Shown: positions 30,182-40,942 of the stretch, in pieces
How the letters are laid out: each line of letters opens with the position of its first letter
Numbering within the stretch: the stretch's first letter is position 1
Source of the DNA: an uncultured Bacteroidaceae bacterium
GTDB taxonomy: Bacteria > Bacteroidota > Bacteroidia > Bacteroidales > SM23-62
Length of the DNA: 64,000 bases
Direction: 5' to 3'
Assembly: GCA_963777115.1 (NCBI GenBank)
Contig: CAVZPP010000003.1
Location: 774,250 to 838,249, forward strand
Translations under genes and position numbers: made by a program
The notes under the pieces: model-generated
Told to the model about the DNA's origin: nothing
Databases searched by the model: none
The model's input: only the letters and a program-made list of their open reading frames with translations

Positions 30182-32343
30182 ACCAGTCGGAAGTCAAGCT
30201 GTCTGCGGGCCAGGTTGGCACGCGCAACTTCAACCCTGACTTCATCACCCAACTGAAATTGCTTTCCTGTTTTCTTGCCCACAAGGCGGAAGTTGTCTTC
30301 ATCATAATCGTAGAAATCATCTGTCAGGTCACGCATCGGAACCATTCCTTCGCATTTGCACCCAACCAGCTCTACGTATACTCCCCATTCTGTAACCCCG
30401 GAGATAACGCCGTCAAAGATTTCTCCAATCTTATCGCTTAGGAACTCAACCTGTTTGTATTTAATGGATGCCCATTCAGCTTTCATCGCTTTTCTTTCCC
30501 TCTCGGATGAATGTTTGCACCTGGCCTCATATTTCTGCTGGCTTTTTGATTCCCCTCCTTTCAGGTAGTGGTCAAGCAGACGATGCACCATGATGTCTGG
30601 GTAGCGACGGATAGGGGAAGTAAAATGGGAATAATAAGGGAATGACAGTCCATAGTGACCAATGTTCGAAGTTGAGTATTCAGCCTTGGCCATAGTCCGT
30701 ATCGCCAGTCCCTCGACCATATTCTGCTCTTTTTTACCCCTAACCTCTTCCATCAGGCGGTTAATGGAACCGGAAATCCTTTTCTGTCCGCTTGTCTGAA
30801 TGCTGTACCCCAGCCTCTTGATAAAATAGGCAAAGGCCTCCAGCTTTTGACTGTTCGGCTTATCATGGATCCTGTAGATAAAGGTTTTGGGCTTAGTCTT
30901 AGGGGCATCATTTGACTTGGTATCAGCATTTACATGTGTGCCTGCAGGTTTGCCTATAAATTCCGCCACACGTTTATTGGCAAGCAGCATGAATTCCTCG
31001 ATGAGCTGGTTGGACTCTTTATTTTCCTTGTAGTATACTCCTGTGGGATACCCCGTTTCATCAATATGAAATTTCACCTCCACACGATCAAAGGAAAATG
31101 ATCCTTCCCGGAACCTTTTCTTGCGTAGTAATTGTGCCAGGGCATGTAACTGAAGTATTTCATCTTTTAGATCACCTTCTTTGGATTCAATAACCTCCTG
31201 TGCCTCTTCGTAAGTAAACCTCCTGTCAGAAAAAATTACCGTTCGTCCGAACCATTGTTTTACAACAGAAGCTTCAGCATTTAATTCAAAAACAGCCGAA
31301 TAGCAAAGTTTTTCCTCCCTGGGACGCAAAGAGCAAACAAGATTTGATAACTTTTCAGGTAGCATGGGAACCACCCTGTCAACCAGGTAAACAGAAGTAG
31401 CCCTATCATAAGCTTCCTGGTCCAACAAGCCTTTGGGCTGAACATAATGGCTGACATCTGCAATGTGTACACCAACCTCCCAGTTTCCATTTTTCAGCTG
31501 TTGCAGGGAAAGGGCATCATCAAAATCTTTTGCATCTGCCGGGTCTATGGTAAAAGTCAGAATATTTCGGAAGTCCCTTCGTTCAGCATAATCTTTTTCA
31601 GTTATCTCCACCGGAAGAGTTGCGGCGGCATCCTCTACTTCTTGTGGGAATTTGGAAGCCAATTCGAATTCAGCGAGAATGGCGTGCATTTCCACATCGT
31701 TTTCTCCCGGATCTCCCAGAACTTCAATAATTTCCCCGACAGGGTTTTTTGAATCCTTTTGCCACTCGGTAATCTTCCCAATGGCTTTCTGTCCGTTCCT
31801 GACCCCATTGAGCTTATCGGGTGGAATAAAAAGATCGAAGGGCATTTCCTTGCTGTCTGGGTTCAGGAATGCCCAGTGTTTGGAAACCTCCACAATACCT
31901 ACAAAAGTTTTACGGGCCCTCTCTATAACCTCTACCACTTCCCCCTCGATTCTCTTTCCTTTTCGCCTGGCATACATATATACCTTGACATAATCCCCGT
32001 TCAGTGCATGATTCAGGTTATTTCTTGAGATAAATACATCTTCTTCAATAGCATCCGAAAGGATAAAGGCGTATCCGAACTGGGTCATATCGACAGTTCC
32101 AAAAATATAACCACCCTTGGATTTGAGTTTGAATTTACCGGGATATACTTCTATAAGTTCCTCTTTTCCCGATAGGTGTTCAAGGATTGGGATAATTTGC
32201 CGTTTGGTGGATACATCGTTGATTTTCAGCTTTTTGGCCAGCTGTTTGTAATTGAAGGTCTGGCTGGGGAAATTGGTGAATACATCCAGTACGGAATTAA
32301 CCAGGGCATCCCGCCCTTTCTGCTTGTTGCTTTTTCTGGCCAT
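30178..32343 (-). CDS. rnr: ribonuclease R
   Basis: 721 aa with cold-shock-like N-terminal domains, an RNB catalytic domain (TIDPADAKDFDDALS) and a C-terminal S1 domain. Confidence 0.95.
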   Translation of the reverse strand: MARKSNKQKGRDALVNSVLDVFTNFPSQTFNYKQLAKKLKINDVSTKRQIIPILEHLSGKEELIEVYPGKFKLKSKGGYIFGTVDMTQFGYAFILSDAIEEDVFISRNNLNHALNGDYVKVYMYARRKGKRIEGEVVEVIERARKTFVGIVEVSKHWAFLNPDSKEMPFDLFIPPDKLNGVRNGQKAIGKITEWQKDSKNPVGEIIEVLGDPGENDVEMHAILAEFELASKFPQEVEDAAATLPVEITEKDYAERRDFRNILTFTIDPADAKDFDDALSLQQLKNGNWEVGVHIADVSHYVQPKGLLDQEAYDRATSVYLVDRVVPMLPEKLSNLVCSLRPREEKLCYSAVFELNAEASVVKQWFGRTVIFSDRRFTYEEAQEVIESKEGDLKDEILQLHALAQLLRKKRFREGSFSFDRVEVKFHIDETGYPTGVYYKENKESNQLIEEFMLLANKRVAEFIGKPAGTHVNADTKSNDAPKTKPKTFIYRIHDKPNSQKLEAFAYFIKRLGYSIQTSGQKRISGSINRLMEEVRGKKEQNMVEGLAIRTMAKAEYSTSNIGHYGLSFPYYSHFTSPIRRYPDIMVHRLLDHYLKGGESKSQQKYEARCKHSSERERKAMKAEWASIKYKQVEFLSDKIGEIFDGVISGVTEWGVYVELVGCKCEGMVPMRDLTDDFYDYDEDNFRLVGKKTGKQFQLGDEVRVEVARANLARRQLDFRLV

Positions 32344-32430
32344 ATAGATATTATCTGATTCAGGAAAGTTAAGAATTATTTAAGGTCTTATTGTTAACTT
32401 TACTATCTGAATACCACATTTAAATACACT

Positions 32431-33903
32431 ATGGACAAGGTTCTTCAGATCTATAATACACTGAGCAGGAAAAAGGAAGACTTTACCCCACTTCATCCCC
32501 CCATGGTGGGAATGTATGTTTGTGGTCCCACTGTTTACGGTCCCCCTCACCTGGGACATGCACGCCCGGCAATTACCTTTGATGTGGTTTTCAGGTACCT
32601 TAAATACCTTGGATATAAAGTGAGGTATGTTAGGAATATTACTGATGTGGGACACCTGGAGCAGGACCAGGACTTCGGAGAAGATAAAATTTCAAAAAAA
32701 GCCAGGCTGGAACAGCTGGAGCCCATGGAGGTAGTACAGCAGTACACCAATGAGTACCGCATGAGAATGATGCAACTGAATGTGCTTCCTCCCAGTATTG
32801 AACCTTCTGCTTCCGGCCATATACCTGAGCAACAGGATCTGGTTGAAAGAATACTTGAAAAGGGATATGCGTATCAAAAAGGGGGATCCGTCTATTTTGA
32901 TGTTGAAAAATACAGCAGGGACCACCATTATGGAAAATTGTCGGGGCGAAAAATTGAAGACCTTCTTTCCAATACACGGGATCTGGAAAAACAGGATGAA
33001 AAGAAATCCCCCCTCGATTTTGCCATATGGAAGAATGCTGATCCCGAGCACCTGATGAGATGGAAATCTCCCTGGGGAGAAGGATTCCCAGGGTGGCACC
33101 TGGAATGCTCGGTAATGAGCTCAAGATATCTGGGAGAGGTATTTGATATTCATGGAGGTGGACTGGATCTGTTGTTTCCTCACCATGAATGTGAAATAGC
33201 CCAGACAGTTGCAGGCTATGGCAAAGAATCAGTACAGTACTGGATGCATAATAATATGATTACCCTGAATGGACAAAAAATGGGAAAATCTCTTGGAAAT
33301 GCAATTAATCTTGAGGAGTTCTTTACAGGAGAACACGAATTGCTCGAGAAGGGATACTCTCCAATGTGCATCAGATTCTTTATGCTTCAGGCACACTACC
33401 GCTCTACACTTGATTTTTCTAACGAGGCATTGGTGGCGGCTGAAAAGGGACTTGAACGACTGTTCGAAGGAGTTATAAATCTGGATAAAATATCTCCAAT
33501 GAGGGAGAGCGGAATAGATGTGGGAAAAACAGAAGGTGGATTTATGAAGGCCATGAACGACGATTTTAATTCTCCTGTTGCCATTGCCCATCTTTTTGAC
33601 GGGATAAAAATCATAAACGGTGTTCTTGCTGGCAATGGCTCCTTCTCCGAAACGGATCTTAAGAAATGGAAATCATTCTACAGGCTGGCTGTTAATGATA
33701 TTCTTGGATTGAAACCGCCTGAAGCAACAAGCGGTAAAAATTCTTTGAATGACAGCCTTATAAAATTACTTCTGCAGATGAGAATCGATGCAAGGCAAAA
33801 CAAGGATTTTGAACTGGCTGACAGGATTCGTGATGAAATGATCCAGTTGGGCATAGAGGTAAAAGACACAAAGGACGGTTTTGAATGGAAACTCACAAAA
33901 TGA
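32431..33903 (+). CDS. cysS: cysteine--tRNA ligase
   Basis: 490 aa with HLGHAR (HIGH), KMGKSLGN (KMSKS) and WHLECS. Confidence 0.97.
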   Translation: MDKVLQIYNTLSRKKEDFTPLHPPMVGMYVCGPTVYGPPHLGHARPAITFDVVFRYLKYLGYKVRYVRNITDVGHLEQDQDFGEDKISKKARLEQLEPMEVVQQYTNEYRMRMMQLNVLPPSIEPSASGHIPEQQDLVERILEKGYAYQKGGSVYFDVEKYSRDHHYGKLSGRKIEDLLSNTRDLEKQDEKKSPLDFAIWKNADPEHLMRWKSPWGEGFPGWHLECSVMSSRYLGEVFDIHGGGLDLLFPHHECEIAQTVAGYGKESVQYWMHNNMITLNGQKMGKSLGNAINLEEFFTGEHELLEKGYSPMCIRFFMLQAHYRSTLDFSNEALVAAEKGLERLFEGVINLDKISPMRESGIDVGKTEGGFMKAMNDDFNSPVAIAHLFDGIKIINGVLAGNGSFSETDLKKWKSFYRLAVNDILGLKPPEATSGKNSLNDSLIKLLLQMRIDARQNKDFELADRIRDEMIQLGIEVKDTKDGFEWKLTK

Positions 33904-35633
33904 CTGTCACTGTTGGAAAGACAAGTCTTGGCCACGGCCATCCTGTTCTTATTCAATCCATGTGCAGTGTTTCCACCCTTGATACAGAAGCATGCGTTGA
34001 TCAATGCATACGGATTTTTGAGGCTGGAGCTGGACTGGCACGAATAACAGCAAGAAACATTAAAGAGGCCAAAAATCTTGGAAATATCCGCCGGGAACTT
34101 TCCCTTAAAGGATACCAGCAACCCATTTCCGCAGATGTCCATTTTAATCCATCCATCGCCATTGAAGCAGCCAGGCTTGTTGAGAAAGTCAGGATTAATC
34201 CAGGAAATTTTGCCAGCAGCGAAATCGAGTCCCATTTCATCCCCTTTCTCAATATTTGCAGGGAACACAACACTGCCATCCGGATAGGGGTTAACCATGG
34301 TTCTCTTTCAGACAGGATTCTTGAAAAATACGGAGACACTCCCGAAGGGATGGTTGAGTCAGCCCTGGAATACTTAAGAATTTGTAAAAGGGAAAAATTT
34401 AACAATGTGGTTGTTTCCCTGAAATCCAGCAACACCCGCATTATGGTTTATTCCAACCGACTGATGGCAGAAAAGATGAAGGAGGAAAAACTGGTTTATC
34501 CCCTGCACCTGGGGGTAACCGAGGCTGGGGATGGAGAAGATGGACGTATTCGCTCGGCTGTTGGAATTGGGACCCTTCTGGGAGAGGGACTTGGAGATAC
34601 CATCCGCGTATCCCTGACGGAAGACCCGGAACTGGAAGTACCGGTTGCCAGAAAACTACTGCAAGCCACGGAATACAGAAAGGCAAAAAGGAGAACAAAT
34701 GTAACTGACTATAATCGAAGGGAGACAGTCCAATGTGAGACTATAGGAGGAAACCAGGCGCCTGTAGTTATTGCGGGACTTGACCTGGAGGATATAGAGA
34801 AAGTCTCTCAGACTGGCTCACCGGAGCCTGATTTTTATTTTGTTCCCGATCACCATCTCCTGGATGATCTGCCTGGAGGGAAGCAATTTATTTTAAATGC
34901 AGAAGCCTGGATATTGGATAATTATCCTTCAGACCGGTTTTTTCCGCTTTTTGATCTGAGGGGAATCAGGACAATCGGAAAGACATCTGAAGCCTTGAAT
35001 TTTGTCCTGATCAGGGCCGGAGAAATTGAAGAAGCAAAGGAGCTTTTGGAAAAGGAAAACAATCCATGTTGCCTGGTTTATATGCATGATACAGACTCAT
35101 CGGAGGCATTTCTTGAATGGATAAATGAACCGGGATTCAAATATCCGCTGATCATTCAGTCCACCTTCAAAGAACACGACAGGGAAATGTTCCAACTTTC
35201 TGCGGCTTCCGAACTGGCCTGGTACTTTCTGGATGGTTATGCGGATGGCATCTGGCTGGATAATGCATTTTCCGGAATGCCTGTTCCCTCGATAACGGCC
35301 TTCAAGATACTTCAGGCAAGCCGTTCCCGAATGACGGAAACAGAATACATTGCATGTCCATCTTGCGGCAGAACACTTTTCGACATCAAGGATACCCTGG
35401 CCAGGGTGCGGACAGCTACTTCCCACCTTAAACATCTAAAAATTGCTGTAATGGGATGCATTGTTAATGGTCCGGGAGAAATGGCAGATGCGGATTACGG
35501 GTACGTAGGATCTGCTAAAGGGAAGGTAAGCCTCTATCGTCAAAAGGATATAGTGAAGAAAAACATTGATGAAAAGGATGCGGTGAAGGAATTAACGGAT
35601 TTGATTAAGGAGAACGGAGATTGGTATGATTGA
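33900..35633 (+). CDS. ispG: 4-hydroxy-3-methylbut-2-en-1-yl diphosphate synthase, long form
   Basis: GcpE TIM-barrel N-terminus, a ~200-aa inserted domain, and C-terminal Fe-S ligands (CPSCGR ... GCIVNGPGE). ATG at 33900 forms an ATGA overlap with the cysS stop. Confidence 0.93.
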   Translation: MTVTVGKTSLGHGHPVLIQSMCSVSTLDTEACVDQCIRIFEAGAGLARITARNIKEAKNLGNIRRELSLKGYQQPISADVHFNPSIAIEAARLVEKVRINPGNFASSEIESHFIPFLNICREHNTAIRIGVNHGSLSDRILEKYGDTPEGMVESALEYLRICKREKFNNVVVSLKSSNTRIMVYSNRLMAEKMKEEKLVYPLHLGVTEAGDGEDGRIRSAVGIGTLLGEGLGDTIRVSLTEDPELEVPVARKLLQATEYRKAKRRTNVTDYNRRETVQCETIGGNQAPVVIAGLDLEDIEKVSQTGSPEPDFYFVPDHHLLDDLPGGKQFILNAEAWILDNYPSDRFFPLFDLRGIRTIGKTSEALNFVLIRAGEIEEAKELLEKENNPCCLVYMHDTDSSEAFLEWINEPGFKYPLIIQSTFKEHDREMFQLSAASELAWYFLDGYADGIWLDNAFSGMPVPSITAFKILQASRSRMTETEYIACPSCGRTLFDIKDTLARVRTATSHLKHLKIAVMGCIVNGPGEMADADYGYVGSAKGKVSLYRQKDIVKKNIDEKDAVKELTDLIKENGDWYD

Positions 35634-36246
35634 AACCAAAGGCATTAAAAATATTATCCTTGACCTTGGGGGCGTAATCCTGGAACTGGATGTCGAAAGC
35701 ACAATTCGTGAGTTTCAGAAATTGGGATTCCCGACCCTGCAAGATGCAGATATTATTCTTTCCAAATATCCCTTCTTCCTCGAGTTTGAAACAGGGAGGC
35801 TTACTTCCGAAGAATTTGTAGAGAAGGTACTCGAAACCTCCAATGATCAAGTATCAGAAGAACAGGTATTGGATGCCTGGAATGCAATGATCAGGGGATT
35901 CAGACCGGAAAGCATCCAGCTCTTGAAGAATCTTCGAAAAAAATACCGCCTGTTCCTCCTGAGTAATACCAACGCTATTCACGAGATTTGCTACAACTCT
36001 CAGCTGAAAAAGGAACACGGAATTGAAAACCTGGATAAGATTTTTGAGACAGTATATTATTCTCATGATCTTAAAATGCGGAAACCGGATGCAGAAATTT
36101 TCAGCTATGTTTTAAGGGATGCTGATCTGAAGGCAGAAGAATGTCTTTATATTGATGACACCCTTGTACATATCGAATCTGCCCAATCACTTGGCATTCA
36201 TGCTTATCATCTGAAGCCGCCGGAACGTATTACGGATATATTATGA
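35626..36246 (+). CDS. HAD superfamily hydrolase (subfamily IA)
   Basis: IILDLGGVIL (DxG variant of motif I), SNTN (motif II), and IDD near the C-terminus. The start overlaps the ispG stop by 8 nt. Confidence 0.8.
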   Translation: MIETKGIKNIILDLGGVILELDVESTIREFQKLGFPTLQDADIILSKYPFFLEFETGRLTSEEFVEKVLETSNDQVSEEQVLDAWNAMIRGFRPESIQLLKNLRKKYRLFLLSNTNAIHEICYNSQLKKEHGIENLDKIFETVYYSHDLKMRKPDAEIFSYVLRDADLKAEECLYIDDTLVHIESAQSLGIHAYHLKPPERITDIL

Positions 36247-37346
36247 TTGTTGAAGGAAAACCATACCAGGCCATATGGCCGGATCCTTTGATTCCTGGTC
36301 TTATTAAAATAATTGATCAGAACCATTTGCCATTTGAATTCAGGATTGAGGAACTTACCTCCTCCGGACAGGTTGTAGATGCCATCCGAACAATGAAGGT
36401 TCGGGGGGCTCCGCTGATCGGTGTTGCCGGGGCATTTGGAATATATCTGGCCTGCCTGGAATCAAAGGAAGCGGGAGATCGGGAGAAATATATTTTGGAG
36501 CAAGCCGGGATTATTCGCGCTGCACGACCGACGGCAGTGAACCTGGCCTGGGCAGTTGACAGGATAATGGAAAACCTGGAAGGAAGAACCGATCATGAAG
36601 ACATTGTTGAAGTAGCTTTTCAGGAAGCAGCCGGAATAATGGAGGAAGAAACCGAATCATGCCTGAGTATAGGGCAACATGGGCTAGATCTTATAAGGGA
36701 TATCAGCAGGAAAAAGAACGGTGCCCCGGTGAACATTCTTACTCATTGTAATGCTGGCTGGCTGGCATGTGTGGATTATGGAACTGCAACGGCTCCAATT
36801 TACCTGTCCCACGACGAAGGAATTCCCGTACATGTATGGGTAGATGAGACAAGACCAAGGAACCAGGGGGCCAGGCTTACTGCCTGGGAATTAGGACAAC
36901 ATGGAGTTCCACATACCGTTGTGGTTGACAATGCGGGAGGATATCTGATGCAAAAAGGAGATGTAGACATCGTCATTGTGGGCAGCGATCGAACTACCCG
37001 GCAAGGGGATGTAGCGAATAAGATAGGAACCTACCTGAAGGCTCTTGCTGCAAATGATAATGATATTCCTTTTTATGTAGCACTACCTTCCTCAAGCATT
37101 GATTTTTCTATTCATAATGGAATTGATGAAATCCCTGTAGAGGAAAGAGATGAATCCGAGGTCAGAAGCATGGAAGGAATGAGCGAAGGAAGAATTAGTG
37201 AGATAAAAATAATACCTGATTTCAGTCCCGTTTCAAACTTTGGATTCGATATTACTCCTGCGAGGCTTGTAACCGGACTGATAACAGAAAGAGGAATTTG
37301 CAGGGCGGAAGAGAAAGAAATTCTTAAGCTATTCCCAGAAAAATAA
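36243..37346 (+). CDS. mtnA: S-methyl-5-thioribose-1-phosphate isomerase
   Basis: 367 aa, eIF-2B alpha/beta/delta-like, with RGAPLIG, THCNAG and VGSDRTTRQGDVANKIGTY. ATGA overlap with the HAD gene. Confidence 0.9.
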   Translation: MIVEGKPYQAIWPDPLIPGLIKIIDQNHLPFEFRIEELTSSGQVVDAIRTMKVRGAPLIGVAGAFGIYLACLESKEAGDREKYILEQAGIIRAARPTAVNLAWAVDRIMENLEGRTDHEDIVEVAFQEAAGIMEEETESCLSIGQHGLDLIRDISRKKNGAPVNILTHCNAGWLACVDYGTATAPIYLSHDEGIPVHVWVDETRPRNQGARLTAWELGQHGVPHTVVVDNAGGYLMQKGDVDIVIVGSDRTTRQGDVANKIGTYLKALAANDNDIPFYVALPSSSIDFSIHNGIDEIPVEERDESEVRSMEGMSEGRISEIKIIPDFSPVSNFGFDITPARLVTGLITERGICRAEEKEILKLFPEK

Positions 37347-37349
37347 AGT

Positions 37350-38099
37350 ATGAAACTGGCAGTTATCTCGGATATTCATTCAGATTTCCCAAGCCTTGAA
37401 AAGGCTATAAGGAAAATTAAAAACTCCGGGATTGACCAGATATTATGCCTTGGAGATATTGTTGGCTACAGCTATCACTATGCGGATTACCTTGAAGGAA
37501 GGGACCCGAATGATTGTATCAAATTAGTTCAGGAAAACTGCAGCTATGTCATCTGTGGGAACCATGATCTTCATGCCGTCCGGAAACTCCAATCCAATCA
37601 CGAGGATTTTAATATACCGACAAACTGGTATGAATTGGATCTGGGGGAACGTATTATGATCTCAGATAACCGCTTCTGGCTGTATGAGGATGAGCTGGAT
37701 GAAACACTTAACGAAACATCAAAGGCCTTCTTAATGCAATTACCTGAACAATTGGTGATAGAGGATAAAAAATTCAAAATCCTGGCCACCCATTTTGTTT
37801 CGCCTGATATAACCGGGCACATGAAAAGTTTTCCGGCTAAACTGGAAGATTTCAAGGAACATATTGACCTGGTAAAAAGAAACAAATGCCTTGTTGGGCT
37901 GGCCGGACATGCGCATCCTGAGGGCTATGCCCAGGTTTCTAAAAAGGCGTTCGGGCTGAATTATTTCAGGCCGGCAAAACTTATTAAGCGCCCCCAGGTA
38001 ATTATCGTTCCAGCGATCACCCGCAGCCCAAAATCAAGGAATGGCTACTTGATCCTGGACACTGAAAAATATTCTTTTGAAGCTATACCTTTAGACTAA
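37350..38099 (+). CDS. metallophosphoesterase
   Basis: Calcineurin-like phosphoesterase motifs ISDIHS, GDIVGY, GNHD and GHAH. Confidence 0.8.
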   Translation: MKLAVISDIHSDFPSLEKAIRKIKNSGIDQILCLGDIVGYSYHYADYLEGRDPNDCIKLVQENCSYVICGNHDLHAVRKLQSNHEDFNIPTNWYELDLGERIMISDNRFWLYEDELDETLNETSKAFLMQLPEQLVIEDKKFKILATHFVSPDITGHMKSFPAKLEDFKEHIDLVKRNKCLVGLAGHAHPEGYAQVSKKAFGLNYFRPAKLIKRPQVIIVPAITRSPKSRNGYLILDTEKYSFEAIPLD

Positions 38100-38109
38100 T
38101 ATTCCAATC

Positions 38110-40149
38110 ATGCGAATAACAAAACCATTCATTAGAAAGTATCTGCTTCCTGTATCGTTCATGGTGGTAGTATTTCTTACAACCATTATTTCTGCGGTCA
38201 TGACAGATATATCACCCGGCACATGGCGGTTTTATGTATTAGTATTTGTTTTGGCCTTGATTACATTTTTACTGTTCATCTTACTCAGGCAGGTTTTGGC
38301 CGATGAGGCTCTGCGACAGACAGCTGCAGAGCGCCTTGAAACAGCAGATGAAAAATACAAATCACTCCTTGAAACATCAGCAGAGGGGGTTCTTATGATT
38401 CTGAATCATAAAATCGAATATGCAAATATCGTATTCCTGGCTATGAGTGGGTATACACAAAAAGAGCTCAAGGGTATGAGATTCGAAGACCTGATAATCG
38501 GAATGCATGAGTCCAGTCTGAAACTGGATAATCTCTTGCATGACATGGGAGAAGCTGGACGAACCCTGACTATTGAAGCAAGAATCTTTTGTAAACGCGG
38601 AGATTTGAGGGATGTAGTCCTGCTCTTGTCCAGGATCGAGATCAACAAAAAGGAGGGCTGTATTTTAATCTCAAAGGATATGTCGGGGAGAGAAAGGATT
38701 GAGCAGGAATCTATGCACCTCAAAAATGAACTGCATTCTTCCATTTTGATGATGAACTTGCCTATCTCCTCATTTACAAAGGAATACATTTCCTGTGACA
38801 TGGACACTAGCATTCATCAGGCCGCTTCACTTATGCATAGGAAGGGACATAATGCCATCATCATAACAAAGAATGAAAATGTTCCTGTTGGAATAATGAC
38901 CGACAAAGATCTTCGAAGCAGGGTTGTCTCCCAGGAAATGGATATAAAACAGCCGGTTTTCGAAATTATGAGCTCTCCACTGGTACGAATTTCTGACCAG
39001 GCCCTTATATATGAGGGAATTCTACAGGTAAAGGAAAACGCTATTTCCCATTTGGTTGTCGAGGATAAAAACGGCAATATTATAGGGATATTCAGCAGAA
39101 AAGACATGCTGGAGGTGCAGCATAACTCTATTTCCTACCTAATTAAAGCTGTTGAATCAGCAGAATCTGTTGAGTCACTGAAAGGGATTCATAACAGGAT
39201 TCCCGTACTGGTGAAAATACTGATGGAAAGCGGTGCCCGAATTCAGAATGTGACATATATGATTAGCACCATTGCCGACGCAATTACACATAGATTGGTT
39301 GAATTTGCTATTGAGGAGATGGGTGAGCCACCAGCCAAATTTGCCTTTATGGCCCTCGGAAGCGAAGGAAGACGCGAGCAGACACTGGTCACCGATCAGG
39401 ACAATGCGATTGTTTTTGAAGATGTTCCGAATGATAAATTTTCTGAAGCAAATAAGTATTTTCTTTATTTCGGTAAAAAAATTAACCTCTGGCTTGATAA
39501 GATAGGATACCAGTATTGTAAAGGTGAAATAATGGCGGGTAATCCCCAATGGTGTCAACCATTATCCAGGTGGCAGAATTATTTTACAAACTGGATTGAG
39601 GAAAAATCTGAAGATGGAGTACTGGGAGTTGCTGTATTTTTTGATTTCAGGATTGTATATGGTGACAAACAGTTTGCAAAAGAATTACGTCAACATATCC
39701 AGAAAACTATATCAGGCAATGAAATGATTTTTTCTTTCCTGGCAAAAGAGGTATCAGAGTATAAAATCCCGCTCAATATTTTTAATGATTCTGTGAACAA
39801 TCTCACAGAATCAATAAATATTAAGAATGCAATTTCCCCCGTTGTTGGTTTTTTGCGAATTTATTCACTTCAGAATAAAATGTCCGAGGGCAACAGTTTA
39901 CAACGCTTGGAAAAACTACTACGCATGAATATATTACCGGAAAATGAGTGCCAGGAATTGGAAAACATATATTGCAGACTGATGGAGGTTCGGTTTCGCA
40001 CTCAGGTGAATGCGATTCTTTCAAACAGGGCGCCGGACAATATTGTCGAATTGGGTGAACTTACCCCAATGGAACAGACACTGATCCAAAAAGCCTTTTC
40101 GGAGATTGTACGTTTTCAGGAAATGGTTGTGGCCGACTTTAGCTCTTGA
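38110..40149 (+). CDS. membrane-anchored PAS / CBS-pair / DUF294-type putative nucleotidyltransferase signalling protein
   Basis: 679 aa. It has two N-terminal TM helices, a PAS-like segment (SLLETSAEGVLMILNHKIEYAN) and tandem CBS domains. The nucleotidyltransferase core is ALGSEGRREQTLVTDQDNAIVF, followed by a DUF294_C-like helical end. Confidence 0.75.
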   Translation: MRITKPFIRKYLLPVSFMVVVFLTTIISAVMTDISPGTWRFYVLVFVLALITFLLFILLRQVLADEALRQTAAERLETADEKYKSLLETSAEGVLMILNHKIEYANIVFLAMSGYTQKELKGMRFEDLIIGMHESSLKLDNLLHDMGEAGRTLTIEARIFCKRGDLRDVVLLLSRIEINKKEGCILISKDMSGRERIEQESMHLKNELHSSILMMNLPISSFTKEYISCDMDTSIHQAASLMHRKGHNAIIITKNENVPVGIMTDKDLRSRVVSQEMDIKQPVFEIMSSPLVRISDQALIYEGILQVKENAISHLVVEDKNGNIIGIFSRKDMLEVQHNSISYLIKAVESAESVESLKGIHNRIPVLVKILMESGARIQNVTYMISTIADAITHRLVEFAIEEMGEPPAKFAFMALGSEGRREQTLVTDQDNAIVFEDVPNDKFSEANKYFLYFGKKINLWLDKIGYQYCKGEIMAGNPQWCQPLSRWQNYFTNWIEEKSEDGVLGVAVFFDFRIVYGDKQFAKELRQHIQKTISGNEMIFSFLAKEVSEYKIPLNIFNDSVNNLTESINIKNAISPVVGFLRIYSLQNKMSEGNSLQRLEKLLRMNILPENECQELENIYCRLMEVRFRTQVNAILSNRAPDNIVELGELTPMEQTLIQKAFSEIVRFQEMVVADFSS

Positions 40150-40201
40150 CATCTGATAGAGAAAAGCGTAACTTTATCTGGAAGCCAACTCTCCGACCAA
40201 G

Positions 40202-40894
40202 ATGAAAATAGATATTTCAAAATATCTAACCCAGCGATACATTGAATCCCTGGAAAACCAGGATTTTGAAGGTCCGGTAATTACAATAGCCCGGGAATTC
40301 AGCTGTCCGGCGAAAAAAATCGCATCCAGACTTACTACCCGCCTAAACAGCATTAAGAGCTCCAAAGCGAAAAGCATCCCATGGAGATGGATAAACAAGG
40401 AAATTCTTTCTGAATCTGCCAAAGAATTAAATCTTGATCCAGCTGATATTGACTATGTTTTCAAGTATGAGAAAAAGAATTTTTTTGATGATATATTGTC
40501 TTCGCAGTCCAACAAATATTATAAGAGTGATCGAAAAATCCGCAGTACCATAGCAAAGGTTATCCGAAATATTTCTTCAGAGGGAAATGTAATCATTATT
40601 GGAAGGGGAGGGGTTGCCCTAACCCGGGAGGTGGAAAGATCCCTTCATGTTATGCTTGAGGCCCCCCTTGAGTGGAGGGCTGCCAGAGTAGCCCAGAAGT
40701 ATTGCATGACAGAAAAAGAAGCTGCAAAATTTGCCATCAATATTGATAACAAAAGAAGGGAATTCAGGGAATACTTTCATGGCAAAGAGACTGATTATAC
40801 CCGATTTGATATAACATACAACGTAATGACACTGAGTCAGGATGAAATTGCTGAAAGCATTATCAGCCTGATGCAAGTCCGCAATTTGATTTAA
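40202..40894 (+). CDS. cytidylate kinase-like family protein
   Basis: 230 aa. VITIAREFSCPAKKIA occupies the P-loop-equivalent region, which is degenerate as is typical of this family. A GRGG lid-like motif is present. Confidence 0.65.
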   Translation: MKIDISKYLTQRYIESLENQDFEGPVITIAREFSCPAKKIASRLTTRLNSIKSSKAKSIPWRWINKEILSESAKELNLDPADIDYVFKYEKKNFFDDILSSQSNKYYKSDRKIRSTIAKVIRNISSEGNVIIIGRGGVALTREVERSLHVMLEAPLEWRAARVAQKYCMTEKEAAKFAINIDNKRREFREYFHGKETDYTRFDITYNVMTLSQDEIAESIISLMQVRNLI

Positions 40895-40942
40895 AATTCC
40901 TTATTTTTATTTGTTTTTCATTCCTGATCGCCGGACCATATT

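Noticed and set aside
33678-34298. 206-aa minus-strand ORF spanning the cysS/ispG junction. Other long antisense ORFs are similar, e.g. 32639-33124, 34001-34441, 38406-38813, 39175-39558 and 26605-26979.
   Set aside because: These lie entirely antisense to well-supported conserved genes. They have low-complexity or odd composition and no recognisable motifs. They are typical shadow ORFs.
33900-35633. Extra ~200-aa insertion in IspG considered as a novel fusion
   Set aside because: A long-form GcpE/IspG with an inserted domain is an established variant in several bacterial phyla and in plastids.
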